Positions 28,449 to 38,808 of a DNA stretch of 64,000 nucleotides are shown piece after piece. The position numbers and the translations under genes were made by a program. This DNA comes from a virus. The notes under the pieces were generated by a model. The model was not told the DNA's origin and made no database searches. It saw only the letters and a program-made list of their open reading frames with translations. The DNA is taken from the IMG/VR virus record IMGVR_UViG_3300046028_008994; one strand, given 5' to 3'. How positions within the stretch are numbered: the first letter of the stretch is position 1; every line of letters begins with the position of its first letter.

Positions 28449-31400
28449 ATGAATATAGTAGGTGAAGGTATTAATGAAAAAATAGCAAATCAAATTGCAC
28501 AGCGTCAAAAAGTATATGGTTCTATAAATAGAAACAATACAGAATTAACATATTTAAATACTAGAAGTGGATGGTGTAAATTAATGTCTAGTGTAAGTAT
28601 TGACCAAACAACACCTATTAGAAATTTAAATATTCCTGCTGGAACCCAACTTGCAAAAAATAATGTATTATTTAATGGTATTGTATCTTATAATCCTGAT
28701 AATAACTCATTTAAAAATAATCAAGGAATAGCATTTGATGGCAGTATTTTTAATACAGGAGCTTATGGTTTAGGAGGTACAGAATTCGGTTTAAGACCAA
28801 TGCCTGGTATACTTTCAGCTGAAATTAGAACGGAAACAAGAGGCTCAATAAAAACAGCAACAGTAAAAATCCAAGCAAATAATAGACAACAATTTGATAT
28901 AATTGATTTATTATATATGCGTTTAGGATATAGTGTTTTATTAGAGTGGGGGCAAAGCTCTTATTTTGACGATAAAGGTAATTATATAAAAGATAATCCA
29001 TATTCTTTAATGGGTTATTGGTTTAAAGGAAATTGTCCTGATCCTAATGATAGTAGTAAACAAATTCCATTAACATATAATTCAATATTACCATTAATAG
29101 ATAGATATAGATTAGCATCGTTTGGAAATTATGATGCTATATTTGCTAAAGTAGTTAATTTTACTTGGACTGTTACTAATGATGGAAAATATGATATCAC
29201 AATAAAATTAATAAGTTTAGGAGATGTTATTGAATCTTTAAAAGCAAATACTTTACTAGGTGGAACTCAAACTCAAACTACAGAAATTCAAGAAAAGAGA
29301 AACTCTAATTTACTAGAACGAGGAATATCAGCTATTGGTGAATTTTTTAACCCAACAAGTCCAATAGAATCATTTGAACAAGCCCATGAAATTGGAAAAG
29401 AATTTAAATTAATATATGATCTTTTAAATGAAAACTCCCCAGATGTATATGGTTTAACACCATACAAAGTAAGTTATACTGATCCAGATAAAAATGAATT
29501 ATATTCACATATAGAATATTTTTCACAAACATTTGAAGGTGGATCGCAAGGATATTACATAAGATTTGGTGCTTTTTTATCCTTTTTAAAAGCAAAAGTA
29601 ATTCCTAATATAAATAATGATCCAAATATTAAGTTAATAGACGTAGATTTTAATAGAATAGGTAATATTATTTACACCCAACCATATACAATTAGTGCAG
29701 ATCCTAAAGTATGTTATGTAAAAAAATCAATTTATGTTACATCTAAAGGTCAAAAATATGATTTTATACCGGGTGCTGATGATTTTATAATAGATTTTAA
29801 TGGTGATACTAATATTAAAGGTAAATATGGAAATATAATGAATATTTATTTTAATATGGAATGGATTCTTAATAAAATAGATGAAATTAAAGATAATAAA
29901 GGTAAAATATCTTTGTATGGTTTATTGGATGCTTTATGTAAAGGATACAATGAATCAACAGGAAATTTCAACAAATTAGAACCAATAATTGACACAGAAA
30001 CAAATACTATTAGAATTGTAGATGATGTAGCACTTCCAGATAAAGATGCTATATTAAAATCAAAATACATTACAGATGTTTATAAGGATATATCAACAGA
30101 AGAAGTAATATTTGATACATATGGGTATTATGCTGGAACATTAGAAAGTATTTATGGTAATAAAGTACCACATGCTGGTTTTATTAAAGATTTAAGTTTT
30201 ACTACAACTGTATCACCAGAATTAGCTACAATGATTACTATTGGATCAACAAAACAGGGATATATAAAAGGAGCAGATGCTACTTCTTTATCTAGAATGA
30301 ATAATGGTTTAACAGATAGATTTAAAGAAAAAATAACAAATGCTGATGAAACAGAAGAAACAATAGAAACGCCAAAACCATTAGAGGTTCAATATAAAGC
30401 AGCTCTTACTTCTTTTGATAATTTTATTATAGATTTAGGAACTAATGTTAATAAAAAACTCCCAAACTATGTTTTAGATTCAATACAAGATTATAAAAAT
30501 CTTCAAACGCAACTATTAGAATATTATCAATACGCTGAAATAGAAAAAAATGTAAAATTCGATCCAACTATATCATCAGCAAATAGTGGATTTTTACCAT
30601 TTGATTTATCTTTAAAAATGGATGGACTATCAGGAATGAAAGTATACCAAAAATTTACTATTGATACTAATTTCTTACCAACAAATTATCCTGGTACTTT
30701 AGAATTTTTAATTAAAGGTATAAATCATGTTATTGATAACAATGAATGGACTACTAGTATTGAATCAATGGCTATTCCTAAAAATCCATTTGCTATTACT
30801 GGATCTAGTGAAGCAGAAAGAAGTGCAAATAGAGGAGAACCACAAGAATATAGTACAACATCTCCAACATTTTATTACCAATCTAATTTACCACCGGAAC
30901 AAGCTAAAAATAGAGCTACATTAACACGTATTTTAGATGATGGCACACAAACTTTAGGAATTTTAGAAATATATGATGTGAATCATGTTAATATTATATA
31001 TAGATTGGCTACAGTAGAATTACCTTGGAAAAATAATCAAAACGGAAGTAGTTGTATTCCAACAGGTAATTATTTAGTAAACAGTAGACAAACATCTAAA
31101 TATGGTAAACATTTTTGGTTAGTAGGAAGTGAATCAGGACAATGGAAACGAATTCCAGGATCAAATCCAACAGATAGAACTTGGGTATTAATACATACTG
31201 CTCCTAAAGCACCAGGGTGGTTAGCAGGATGTATAGGTCCTGGCCCTCAATTTAATTTTAAAAATAAAAATGCTCAAGGTAATCCTGATGGAATAGGTAC
31301 AAATTATTTAAACCCTGCAAAAAATGAATCTACTGAGGCTTTAAATAAATTAGTAAGCACACTATATGAGGATAAAGGATTCAAAATAGAAATCAGAAAT

Positions 31401-31505
31401 GGATTTAATGTAAGTTCAACAGCTTTACCTAAAAGTATTAATGATGCTAAAATAAAAGCCTTAGCTACTGATGTAAGATACCAAGATTTATTTAAAGGAA
31501 TGTAA
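28449..31505 (+). CDS. Baseplate hub-like protein with C-terminal DUF5675-like (His/Cys) putative cell-wall enzyme
   Basis: PMPGI, GYSVLLEWG, FLIKGINH...WTT; C-terminal TLG.L...TVELPW...SCIPTG.Y...LIH...GCI. Confidence 0.7.
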   Translation: MNIVGEGINEKIANQIAQRQKVYGSINRNNTELTYLNTRSGWCKLMSSVSIDQTTPIRNLNIPAGTQLAKNNVLFNGIVSYNPDNNSFKNNQGIAFDGSIFNTGAYGLGGTEFGLRPMPGILSAEIRTETRGSIKTATVKIQANNRQQFDIIDLLYMRLGYSVLLEWGQSSYFDDKGNYIKDNPYSLMGYWFKGNCPDPNDSSKQIPLTYNSILPLIDRYRLASFGNYDAIFAKVVNFTWTVTNDGKYDITIKLISLGDVIESLKANTLLGGTQTQTTEIQEKRNSNLLERGISAIGEFFNPTSPIESFEQAHEIGKEFKLIYDLLNENSPDVYGLTPYKVSYTDPDKNELYSHIEYFSQTFEGGSQGYYIRFGAFLSFLKAKVIPNINNDPNIKLIDVDFNRIGNIIYTQPYTISADPKVCYVKKSIYVTSKGQKYDFIPGADDFIIDFNGDTNIKGKYGNIMNIYFNMEWILNKIDEIKDNKGKISLYGLLDALCKGYNESTGNFNKLEPIIDTETNTIRIVDDVALPDKDAILKSKYITDVYKDISTEEVIFDTYGYYAGTLESIYGNKVPHAGFIKDLSFTTTVSPELATMITIGSTKQGYIKGADATSLSRMNNGLTDRFKEKITNADETEETIETPKPLEVQYKAALTSFDNFIIDLGTNVNKKLPNYVLDSIQDYKNLQTQLLEYYQYAEIEKNVKFDPTISSANSGFLPFDLSLKMDGLSGMKVYQKFTIDTNFLPTNYPGTLEFLIKGINHVIDNNEWTTSIESMAIPKNPFAITGSSEAERSANRGEPQEYSTTSPTFYYQSNLPPEQAKNRATLTRILDDGTQTLGILEIYDVNHVNIIYRLATVELPWKNNQNGSSCIPTGNYLVNSRQTSKYGKHFWLVGSESGQWKRIPGSNPTDRTWVLIHTAPKAPGWLAGCIGPGPQFNFKNKNAQGNPDGIGTNYLNPAKNESTEALNKLVSTLYEDKGFKIEIRNGFNVSSTALPKSINDAKIKALATDVRYQDLFKGM

Positions 31506-31507
31506 TT

Positions 31508-32149
31508 ATGTATTATCCATTATCACAAATCACCCCTAATTTATATACAAATGGAAATGAATTTTTCATTAATGGAGAAAGTTATACTGGATATTATTTT
31601 AAAACAAGTAAAGGAAAATACTTTACAGGTAAAACCCCTAATGATCTTCCTAATTTAGAACTTTTTCCAATTACCCAAGATTTTTGGGAAGCTACAGCTG
31701 AAACAGAATTAACAGGAAAATCATTTATTCAATTAGCTGACAACTATGATGGATTAGTTTACAATAATGAAAACCAAGACCCTAAAAGTAATTCTATTTA
31801 TAATAATCTAAAACCACAACAACAAATAACTTACACTCCTTATTATAATCCACAACAACCAACACAACAAGATTATCAAAACGGAGAGTTTAGAAGATTT
31901 TTTTGTAAAAAAACAAACGAAATATTATATATTGAAATAAATAAAGATCAATACGATAAATTAATAGCAAAAGATCCTCAAATATTGTGGCAATTATATT
32001 TACCATTTAATATAACATGGCAATTAACTGGAGATGAACAACAAGTAGCTAGAGTAAATAAAAATATGGTAGAATTAGCTATAAAAAACCTAAAACTACC
32101 TAAATTCAATCTTTACATAAAAGAAGATTACACTAAGTATTATCAATAA
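31508..32149 (+). CDS. Baseplate-module protein of unknown function
   Basis: Tyr/Pro-rich (YxGYY, PTxxDYxxGxFxRxF); contiguous with the baseplate genes. Confidence 0.6.
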   Translation: MYYPLSQITPNLYTNGNEFFINGESYTGYYFKTSKGKYFTGKTPNDLPNLELFPITQDFWEATAETELTGKSFIQLADNYDGLVYNNENQDPKSNSIYNNLKPQQQITYTPYYNPQQPTQQDYQNGEFRRFFCKKTNEILYIEINKDQYDKLIAKDPQILWQLYLPFNITWQLTGDEQQVARVNKNMVELAIKNLKLPKFNLYIKEDYTKYYQ

Positions 32150-32173
32150 TCTTATAATATTTATAACCATATT

Positions 32174-34492
32174 ATGATTAGATTTACAACAATATTAAAA
32201 GAATATAGTGATGCAATAATAAAAAAAGTTACGGACCGTTGGATAGGTGAAGATTCTAATGTTACTCCTGATTTAGCATTAAAGTTAATTAATACTTTTG
32301 ACCAAAAAAAGGACTCACTATCTAGTAGATTACCAATACTTGTATTACCTGATGAATTAAAGCAAAGTAAGAAATACTTAGATATTACTCAATATTCATA
32401 TGCTGATATAGTTAGATTACTTAAATCTATACCAGAAAACCCAGAGCAAATTAAAAAAGCAGCAGTAGCAAAGTTTGTATCAAAAGAAAACATTGATAAA
32501 GAAACAGCTCAAAGTTATACTGCTCGTTTTATGAATAAAAGAGGAAAATTAAAACAAGGTATAACTAATGGTATTGAAGATAATGAGGGAAATAAATTAT
32601 TTTCAAAAGAAGAAGTTATTAATTTTATCCCTAAACGTTTATTAGATAATAATTTATATTTTGATCCTAACAATTGGAGGTGGGATGATTTTGAACAGAT
32701 TATGGATGCCTTATTCCCATCAGAAAGACAATCAACAGGAGAAGAAAACACAGCAACAACAGATGCTGATAAAATATATGATAAAGATGGAATTGAAATA
32801 TACAAGGGTGATGATAAACATAAATGTATATCTTACAATCCTTCAGATCCTAAAACTAAATTAAAAAAATATTCTCATTGTGTAGCGCAACCAATAGGGA
32901 GCAACATGTACGATAATTATAGATTCAAAGATATAACACCTACTTTTTATTTTTTATTTGATCGTAATAAACCATCAACAGGAATTAAACCTAGGTTTGA
33001 TGATAAATGGCATGTTTTGGTAATTCAAGTACTAATTAATGAACAAGGATATATTGTAACAAATGCTAATAATGATGGAGATAAATTTGCTAAAACATGG
33101 GAAGATATATCTAATATAGTCCCAGCAGATACATGGGATAAAATTAAAGGATTAAAAGACTATTTTAAACCAATAAAATTATCCCCAGAAGAAAGAGGAA
33201 GAAAACTAAATACTGGTAAGAATTTAAATGTAGATGAATTTAAAGAATTATCCCAAGATGAAAAAGAATTATATGTACAAGGTAAAGGATCTGAAGACAA
33301 ACTTACAGATGATATCTTAAATATATTACCAAATTATAAAATCAATTATGGTGGTATAACAAAAACATTAGCAAATCTAGCTATTGATAGTGGACAAAAA
33401 TACAAATATTCACAACTAAAAGATAATGAAGCCTTAGCAAAACGATATGCTATCTTCAGATTTAGACATACTAATTATGGTAATACTCCAATTCCACTTC
33501 CTTTTATTAAATATTTAGATGAACCAGCAAAAGAAAAATATTTAGAAACATTTGATGCATATTTAACATATGAATATATTGAAAAATATTTTGGACCAAA
33601 AGTAACAGAAAAATATGTAAATAATCAATTAGAAAAATTAGAGTATTTACCACCATCAGCAATCAAATACGTAAACGATCCTAAAAAACGCCAATTATTA
33701 GAAGCATATTCTAAATTATTTTCAAAGTGGGAATTAGATAGTGACACAAATATAAGTGATGAACAACTAGAAAATTTAAAAACTGCACCTGAACAAAAAA
33801 TAACTCCAAAACCCATAACTGAAAAAGAATGGAAAGGAATGCCGGATAATGATAGATCAAATATTATAAAAGTAGCAAAACAAATTAATGGTAAAGAACA
33901 ATACTTAACCTTATTATACGCTTTACCTTATGTTATACAAGATAAAACAAATTCATATGTCTTGTTACCTAAAACATCAGATACAAATGGAAATTGGGTA
34001 TTAGCAGATATTAAAGGTAATGTAGTTAAAGATAATATTAGTGGTAATGATAGCGTATTAGATGGTGAACCACTTGATTTTAATAATGGTTATATGAATA
34101 TGGACTCATTTAAACGTATATATAATATAAGTGATTTAAAAATAAAATCATCAAATAATGTAAGCGAAGAATTTCGCCGTTTACAACAATTAGCAGGTAT
34201 TATTACAGAGATGCCTGTAATAAGTAATCCTGTTAGTAAAAAAATCTATGGTATTGAAAAAAATTATTCACCATATGATTTTGGTCCTTTCACTGAGGAC
34301 GAAGCTAAAGCTAAGGCTATAGAATATGCTAATGAAGATCCTGGAAACACATATCAACCTAGATTATATAATGCTATGCGTGATGAATTACCTGCTATAG
34401 AAAGAATGGATATGCCTCGTATAGATAAAAATGGCAATTTAGAAGATGTTAATAATACACCTTTTTCACAAGGTGATTTAGATGATTACTAA
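32174..34492 (+). CDS. Large late protein, probable internal head/ejected protein; central domain possibly PcfJ-like
   Basis: Class L motif; N-terminal MIRFTTILKE; CVA...SNMYDNY...FYFLFD; internal EFRRLQQLAGIITE. Confidence 0.55.
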   Translation: MIRFTTILKEYSDAIIKKVTDRWIGEDSNVTPDLALKLINTFDQKKDSLSSRLPILVLPDELKQSKKYLDITQYSYADIVRLLKSIPENPEQIKKAAVAKFVSKENIDKETAQSYTARFMNKRGKLKQGITNGIEDNEGNKLFSKEEVINFIPKRLLDNNLYFDPNNWRWDDFEQIMDALFPSERQSTGEENTATTDADKIYDKDGIEIYKGDDKHKCISYNPSDPKTKLKKYSHCVAQPIGSNMYDNYRFKDITPTFYFLFDRNKPSTGIKPRFDDKWHVLVIQVLINEQGYIVTNANNDGDKFAKTWEDISNIVPADTWDKIKGLKDYFKPIKLSPEERGRKLNTGKNLNVDEFKELSQDEKELYVQGKGSEDKLTDDILNILPNYKINYGGITKTLANLAIDSGQKYKYSQLKDNEALAKRYAIFRFRHTNYGNTPIPLPFIKYLDEPAKEKYLETFDAYLTYEYIEKYFGPKVTEKYVNNQLEKLEYLPPSAIKYVNDPKKRQLLEAYSKLFSKWELDSDTNISDEQLENLKTAPEQKITPKPITEKEWKGMPDNDRSNIIKVAKQINGKEQYLTLLYALPYVIQDKTNSYVLLPKTSDTNGNWVLADIKGNVVKDNISGNDSVLDGEPLDFNNGYMNMDSFKRIYNISDLKIKSSNNVSEEFRRLQQLAGIITEMPVISNPVSKKIYGIEKNYSPYDFGPFTEDEAKAKAIEYANEDPGNTYQPRLYNAMRDELPAIERMDMPRIDKNGNLEDVNNTPFSQGDLDDY

Positions 34493-34514
34493 AATTTATA
34501 AAATTTAATATATT

Positions 34515-34548
34515 AAGGCTTGGGAAACCAAGCCTTTTTTTGTATGTT
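34515..34548 (+). promoter_or_regulatory. Composite terminator hairpin and class E promoter
   Basis: AAGGCTTGG-GAAA-CCAAGCCTT plus T-tract; CTTGG-N19-TATGTT. Confidence 0.8.
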
Positions 34549-34562
34549 TATATCAAAAGGTT

Positions 34563-35843
34563 ATGTTTTGGTTATTAGAAAATGAAGAGCAATTAGGATA
34601 TTTTATTCAAAATCCTATAAAAGAAGCATTTGTTGAAATAATTCCTTTTAACGATAATATCCACCCTGCCATTAACGACATATCTTTAGTATATATAAAA
34701 CCGTTTAATAACACTAAAGCTTATATGTTATGCGTTGACCATAGTGAAACATTTAGCATTAATAAGACAACTATATACGCGTTTATACACAAAATAGATA
34801 AAGTATGGGTACGTGATAAAAAGTCGGCACTATACTATTTTCCATTTAAAAACATATGCTGCCTGTCCCCACTTAATCCTACGTATATACAAAGCGACAC
34901 ACAAGCACACATACATTTTCAAAATACGGATTACCCAAAACTTAATAGAATAATACCTGTTTCTAAGCATTATGAAAAATGTGAACATATTTATGAGCAA
35001 GTAAAAAAAGTTTTATCTCAACCGTTACCCGAATATTATTCATTTTATAACGAAAAAGTAATACTAGCGTTTTTTGGAATTGAGAGAAACGGAATACAAA
35101 TAAACAAAGACAAATTCAATGAAAGTTATCACCCGACTAAAGATTTTTATTCTATATACGACAATAGAATTTACACGCAATACAACTTATCTACCACTAC
35201 TCGTAGACCAAGTAATTCCTTTAATGGTATTAATTTTGCCGCATTAAATAAAGATAGCGGAGTAAGATCCTCATTCATTCCAAACAATAAGTTTGTGGAA
35301 ATTGATATTTCTGCTTACCACCCACATCTAGCGGCTAGGTTAATTGGTTATGATTTTCAAGGTTTAGACGTACATAGTGCATTTGCTGAAATGTACGGGG
35401 TAAGTTATGAGGAATCCAAGCAAATTACGTTTAGACAACTATATGGCGGTATTTACAAACAATACGAGCATTTAGAGTATTTTCAAATGGTGAAAGCGTT
35501 TATTAACAAAGCGTGGAACGAATTTGAAACAAATGGTAAATATAAAGTACCGATTTCAGGTTATATATTTGAAACGGAGAGGTTAGAAAACATGAATCCG
35601 CAGAAATTGTTTAACTATATTTTACAGAATGTAGAATCAGCGGTTAACACTTATATTCTAATGGATATTCATAAATTGTTAAGAGGTAAACAAACTAAAA
35701 TAGTACTATATACTTATGATTCGTTTTTATTTGATATAGGAGATGAGGGGATTGAAGATGAATTGAGAGAAATATTTAAAAAATATAAATTACAAATAAA
35801 AACCAAATATGGGACAGATTATGACTTTGAGCAGACCAGATGA
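34563..35843 (+). CDS. Short family-A DNA polymerase-like protein
   Basis: TTTRRPS, motif A EIDISAYHP, motif B SKQITFRQLYG, motif C YTYDS. Confidence 0.8.
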   Translation: MFWLLENEEQLGYFIQNPIKEAFVEIIPFNDNIHPAINDISLVYIKPFNNTKAYMLCVDHSETFSINKTTIYAFIHKIDKVWVRDKKSALYYFPFKNICCLSPLNPTYIQSDTQAHIHFQNTDYPKLNRIIPVSKHYEKCEHIYEQVKKVLSQPLPEYYSFYNEKVILAFFGIERNGIQINKDKFNESYHPTKDFYSIYDNRIYTQYNLSTTTRRPSNSFNGINFAALNKDSGVRSSFIPNNKFVEIDISAYHPHLAARLIGYDFQGLDVHSAFAEMYGVSYEESKQITFRQLYGGIYKQYEHLEYFQMVKAFINKAWNEFETNGKYKVPISGYIFETERLENMNPQKLFNYILQNVESAVNTYILMDIHKLLRGKQTKIVLYTYDSFLFDIGDEGIEDELREIFKKYKLQIKTKYGTDYDFEQTR

Positions 35844-36285
35844 TATGTATAACGTAGATAGTCGATATGACTTTGATACTTATATAGATTCCAACATGTT
35901 AAATAATAAATTGTTTGCGACCTTTACTGGACCTAATGAATTAGATAAACTAATTGTTAGTTTGTCTTCGACGTATACAATTATGTATAATAAAATGTTT
36001 GTACTTTATGTTAAAAGTACTGACGAATATGTTGTAACATATAATATTGAGCAAACTAATACTGATGGTATTCCTCAAAATACTATTTTAGTTCATCGTA
36101 AAAAAGAATCCAATACTTTATATACAATAAATGCTTTAAATGATTTAATTAAAAAATTAAATGGTGGGGTTGTTGATCCTAGTTTTAGAGTAAATTGGCA
36201 GCATTATAAAAATTGTATTTTATTAACAAATCATAACGAGTTAAAACAACTTAATACAAAAGTTTATAAGATTATTGATCTTTAA
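35809..36285 (+). CDS. Hypothetical protein; true start may be as late as 35896
   Basis: NKLFATF, TILVHRKKESNTLYTINALN. Confidence 0.65.
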   Translation: MGQIMTLSRPDDMYNVDSRYDFDTYIDSNMLNNKLFATFTGPNELDKLIVSLSSTYTIMYNKMFVLYVKSTDEYVVTYNIEQTNTDGIPQNTILVHRKKESNTLYTINALNDLIKKLNGGVVDPSFRVNWQHYKNCILLTNHNELKQLNTKVYKIIDL

Positions 36286-36300
36286 CATATGTATAATCAC

Positions 36301-36750
36301 ATGAAGCCAGCAGATAACTTTGACCTAAGACAATTTATTACCGAAGGTCGTTTATTAAAAGAAAACATAAACGAAGGTGATTTAAAAATGTATTATGATA
36401 TTCTTATGGATATTGGAGGTGAAGATTTAGCAGGTGAATATGAAGATTTAGCTAAAAAAGCTAAACAATACAAATCATTTGCTGAATTTGTAAAAAATGA
36501 TCTTGAAGTATTAAACCAAGATGATTCAGAACAAGTGGATGATATAAAAACAGATTTTGTATCAGCTAAAATTAGAAAAATGTCACCAGAAGAATTTACT
36601 ATGTTTGTTAAAAATATAGGAGATTATGATTTATGGAATAATGCTCCTAATGAAATTGATCCTTTTAATAATGTTGGTCAAAGAATGGATGTATTGTCTA
36701 ATGAAGATATTGAAAGTATCAATAAATATTTTGATGCTTTAGTAAAATAA
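36301..36750 (+). CDS. Acidic protein with DNF leader, probable internal head protein; start revised
   Basis: ATATGTATA at 36287; MKPADNFDLRQFITE...LKE. Confidence 0.65.
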   Translation: MKPADNFDLRQFITEGRLLKENINEGDLKMYYDILMDIGGEDLAGEYEDLAKKAKQYKSFAEFVKNDLEVLNQDDSEQVDDIKTDFVSAKIRKMSPEEFTMFVKNIGDYDLWNNAPNEIDPFNNVGQRMDVLSNEDIESINKYFDALVK

Positions 36751-36785
36751 AAGGTTATTAATTCCTTATAAAAATTACACTATAG

Positions 36786-36815
36786 TTTGGTGTCTCAAAC
36801 TTAAGTTCTTATATT
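36786..36815 (+). promoter_or_regulatory. Class E promoter
   Basis: TTTGG-N19-TATATT. Confidence 0.75.
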
Positions 36816-36840
36816 TCCCACATTAAACAAATATAGATTT

Positions 36841-37692
36841 ATGAATATAGATGCAATTAAACAACGACTGAATGCTTTACAGTCTAATCAGAACACAAGC
36901 AAGAAAGAAAAAATCGATTACACAAAAGTTTACTGGAAACCAAAACAAGAAGGAAAGTACCAAATTCGTATTGTTCCTTCAAAGAACAGCCCAACAAACC
37001 CTTTTCAAGAGGTTTTTGTTCACTATGGAATCTCTAAATTTCCGATTTACGCTCTAACCAACTGGGGTGAAAAAGACCCAATCGTAGAATTCGCAACAAA
37101 ATTGCGCACTACAAATGACAAAGAAAATTGGGTATTAGCTAAAAAACTAGACCCTAAAATGAGAATTTTCGCACCAGTAGTTGTGCGTGGTGAAGAAGAA
37201 CAAGGCGTTAGACTTTGGGAATTCGGAAAAGAAATCTACATGCAGTTATTAGGAATTGCTGAAGATGAAGATTATGGTGATTACACAGACATCAACGAAG
37301 GCAGAGACTTTACAGTCGATGTAGTTAAAGGTGATGTAGGTGGACGTCAAGGTCTAAAATCATCAATTAGAATTAAACCTAAAACATCTCCTGTAAGTAA
37401 AGATGCAGCTCAAATTCAAACATTTTTAACTGAACAACCTTCTATTTTAGAGATTCAACGTAAAATGGATTATGAGACTTTGAAAAACACCTTACAAACA
37501 TGGTTAACACCAGAAGAAAATGAAGAAGAAATTATCGCTGAAGAAGAAGTAGAAGAAGTAGAAACTGCACCAGTAGCACCAGCTAAAAATTATGCTACAA
37601 AACAACCAGTAGCTTCTAAAGCAACATCAAAAGCAGAAAAATTTGATTCATTATTCGATGATGAAGATAGTTCAGACGATCTTCCATTCTAA
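36841..37692 (+). CDS. Single-stranded DNA-binding protein (T4 gp32-like)
   Basis: YWKP...IRIVP, RLWEFGK, D...GRDF, acidic tail ending DDLPF. Confidence 0.85.
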   Translation: MNIDAIKQRLNALQSNQNTSKKEKIDYTKVYWKPKQEGKYQIRIVPSKNSPTNPFQEVFVHYGISKFPIYALTNWGEKDPIVEFATKLRTTNDKENWVLAKKLDPKMRIFAPVVVRGEEEQGVRLWEFGKEIYMQLLGIAEDEDYGDYTDINEGRDFTVDVVKGDVGGRQGLKSSIRIKPKTSPVSKDAAQIQTFLTEQPSILEIQRKMDYETLKNTLQTWLTPEENEEEIIAEEEVEEVETAPVAPAKNYATKQPVASKATSKAEKFDSLFDDEDSSDDLPF

Positions 37693-37709
37693 TTAAAATT
37701 AAAAAAGTT

Positions 37710-38807
37710 ATGGCAAAAGTAAAAAGAAGCGAATCGCTAACGGCCGCCGTCTCCCAAGAGATTAAAGCCAATTTCAATCTTGATTCATTCAAGGAGAAAA
37801 AAATGCTTAACGGCAACGTTAAGTTTAAAGAACAACGATGGGTTCCTTTTTCCACTGCCTTACAAGAAGCTTTATCAATTCCCGGTATTCCCTTAGGCCA
37901 TATTTCAATGGTTAGAGGTAAAAGTAATACTGGTAAATCAACAACAGCAATCGAAGTAGCGGTAAACGCCCAGAAAATGGGCGTTTTACCGGTGCTTATT
38001 ATTACTGAGATGAAGCATGATTGGAAGCATTGGAAAACAATGGGATTCGAGATGGAAGACGTTGTTGACGAATCAACCGGAGAGATTGTAGATCACAACG
38101 GTTTCTTTATTTATCGTGATAGAAGTACATTGAATTCAATTGAAGATATTGCTGCTTTTATTATTGATCTAATCAACGAACAAAAGAAAGGTAATTTACC
38201 TTACGATTTATTATTTATTTGGGATTCAGTAGGATCAATTCCTTGCCAAATGAGTTTAGATCAAGGTAAAAACAATCCAATGTGGAACGCAGGTGCAATA
38301 GCAACACAATTTGGTAATTTTATTAACCAACAAATTGTAATGTCTAGAAAAGAAACCTACCAATACACAAATTCATTGTTCATTGTAAACAAAACAGGTG
38401 TTGCACCAGCAGAAGGTCCTATGGCTCGTCCAAAAATGACTAACAAAGGTGGTGACACGTTCTATTATGATGCTTCATTAGTATTAACATTTGGTAATAT
38501 CACAAACGCTGGTACATCTAAATTAAATGCTACTAAAGATAAGAAAAAAGTTGAATTTGCTTTACGTACTAAAATTGCTTGTGATAAAAACCACATTAAT
38601 GGTATTACAACAACAGGTACTATTGTAAGTACAGTTCATGGTTTTATCAAAGATGATACTAATATTATTAATAAGTATAAAAAAGAACACGCTAATGAGT
38701 GGATTAGTATACTTGGTGAAGGCGAATATGGGATTACTGAAGATAATAGTGAATGGGAAGAAAAAGCCGATATCACTGAATTATTAGAAAACCTAGAAGC
38801 CGAATAA
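37710..38807 (+). CDS. uvsX: RecA/UvsX recombinase
   Basis: GIPLG, Walker A GKSNTGKS, IWDSVG, KGG...Y. Confidence 0.85.
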   Translation: MAKVKRSESLTAAVSQEIKANFNLDSFKEKKMLNGNVKFKEQRWVPFSTALQEALSIPGIPLGHISMVRGKSNTGKSTTAIEVAVNAQKMGVLPVLIITEMKHDWKHWKTMGFEMEDVVDESTGEIVDHNGFFIYRDRSTLNSIEDIAAFIIDLINEQKKGNLPYDLLFIWDSVGSIPCQMSLDQGKNNPMWNAGAIATQFGNFINQQIVMSRKETYQYTNSLFIVNKTGVAPAEGPMARPKMTNKGGDTFYYDASLVLTFGNITNAGTSKLNATKDKKKVEFALRTKIACDKNHINGITTTGTIVSTVHGFIKDDTNIINKYKKEHANEWISILGEGEYGITEDNSEWEEKADITELLENLEAE

Positions 38808-38808
38808 T

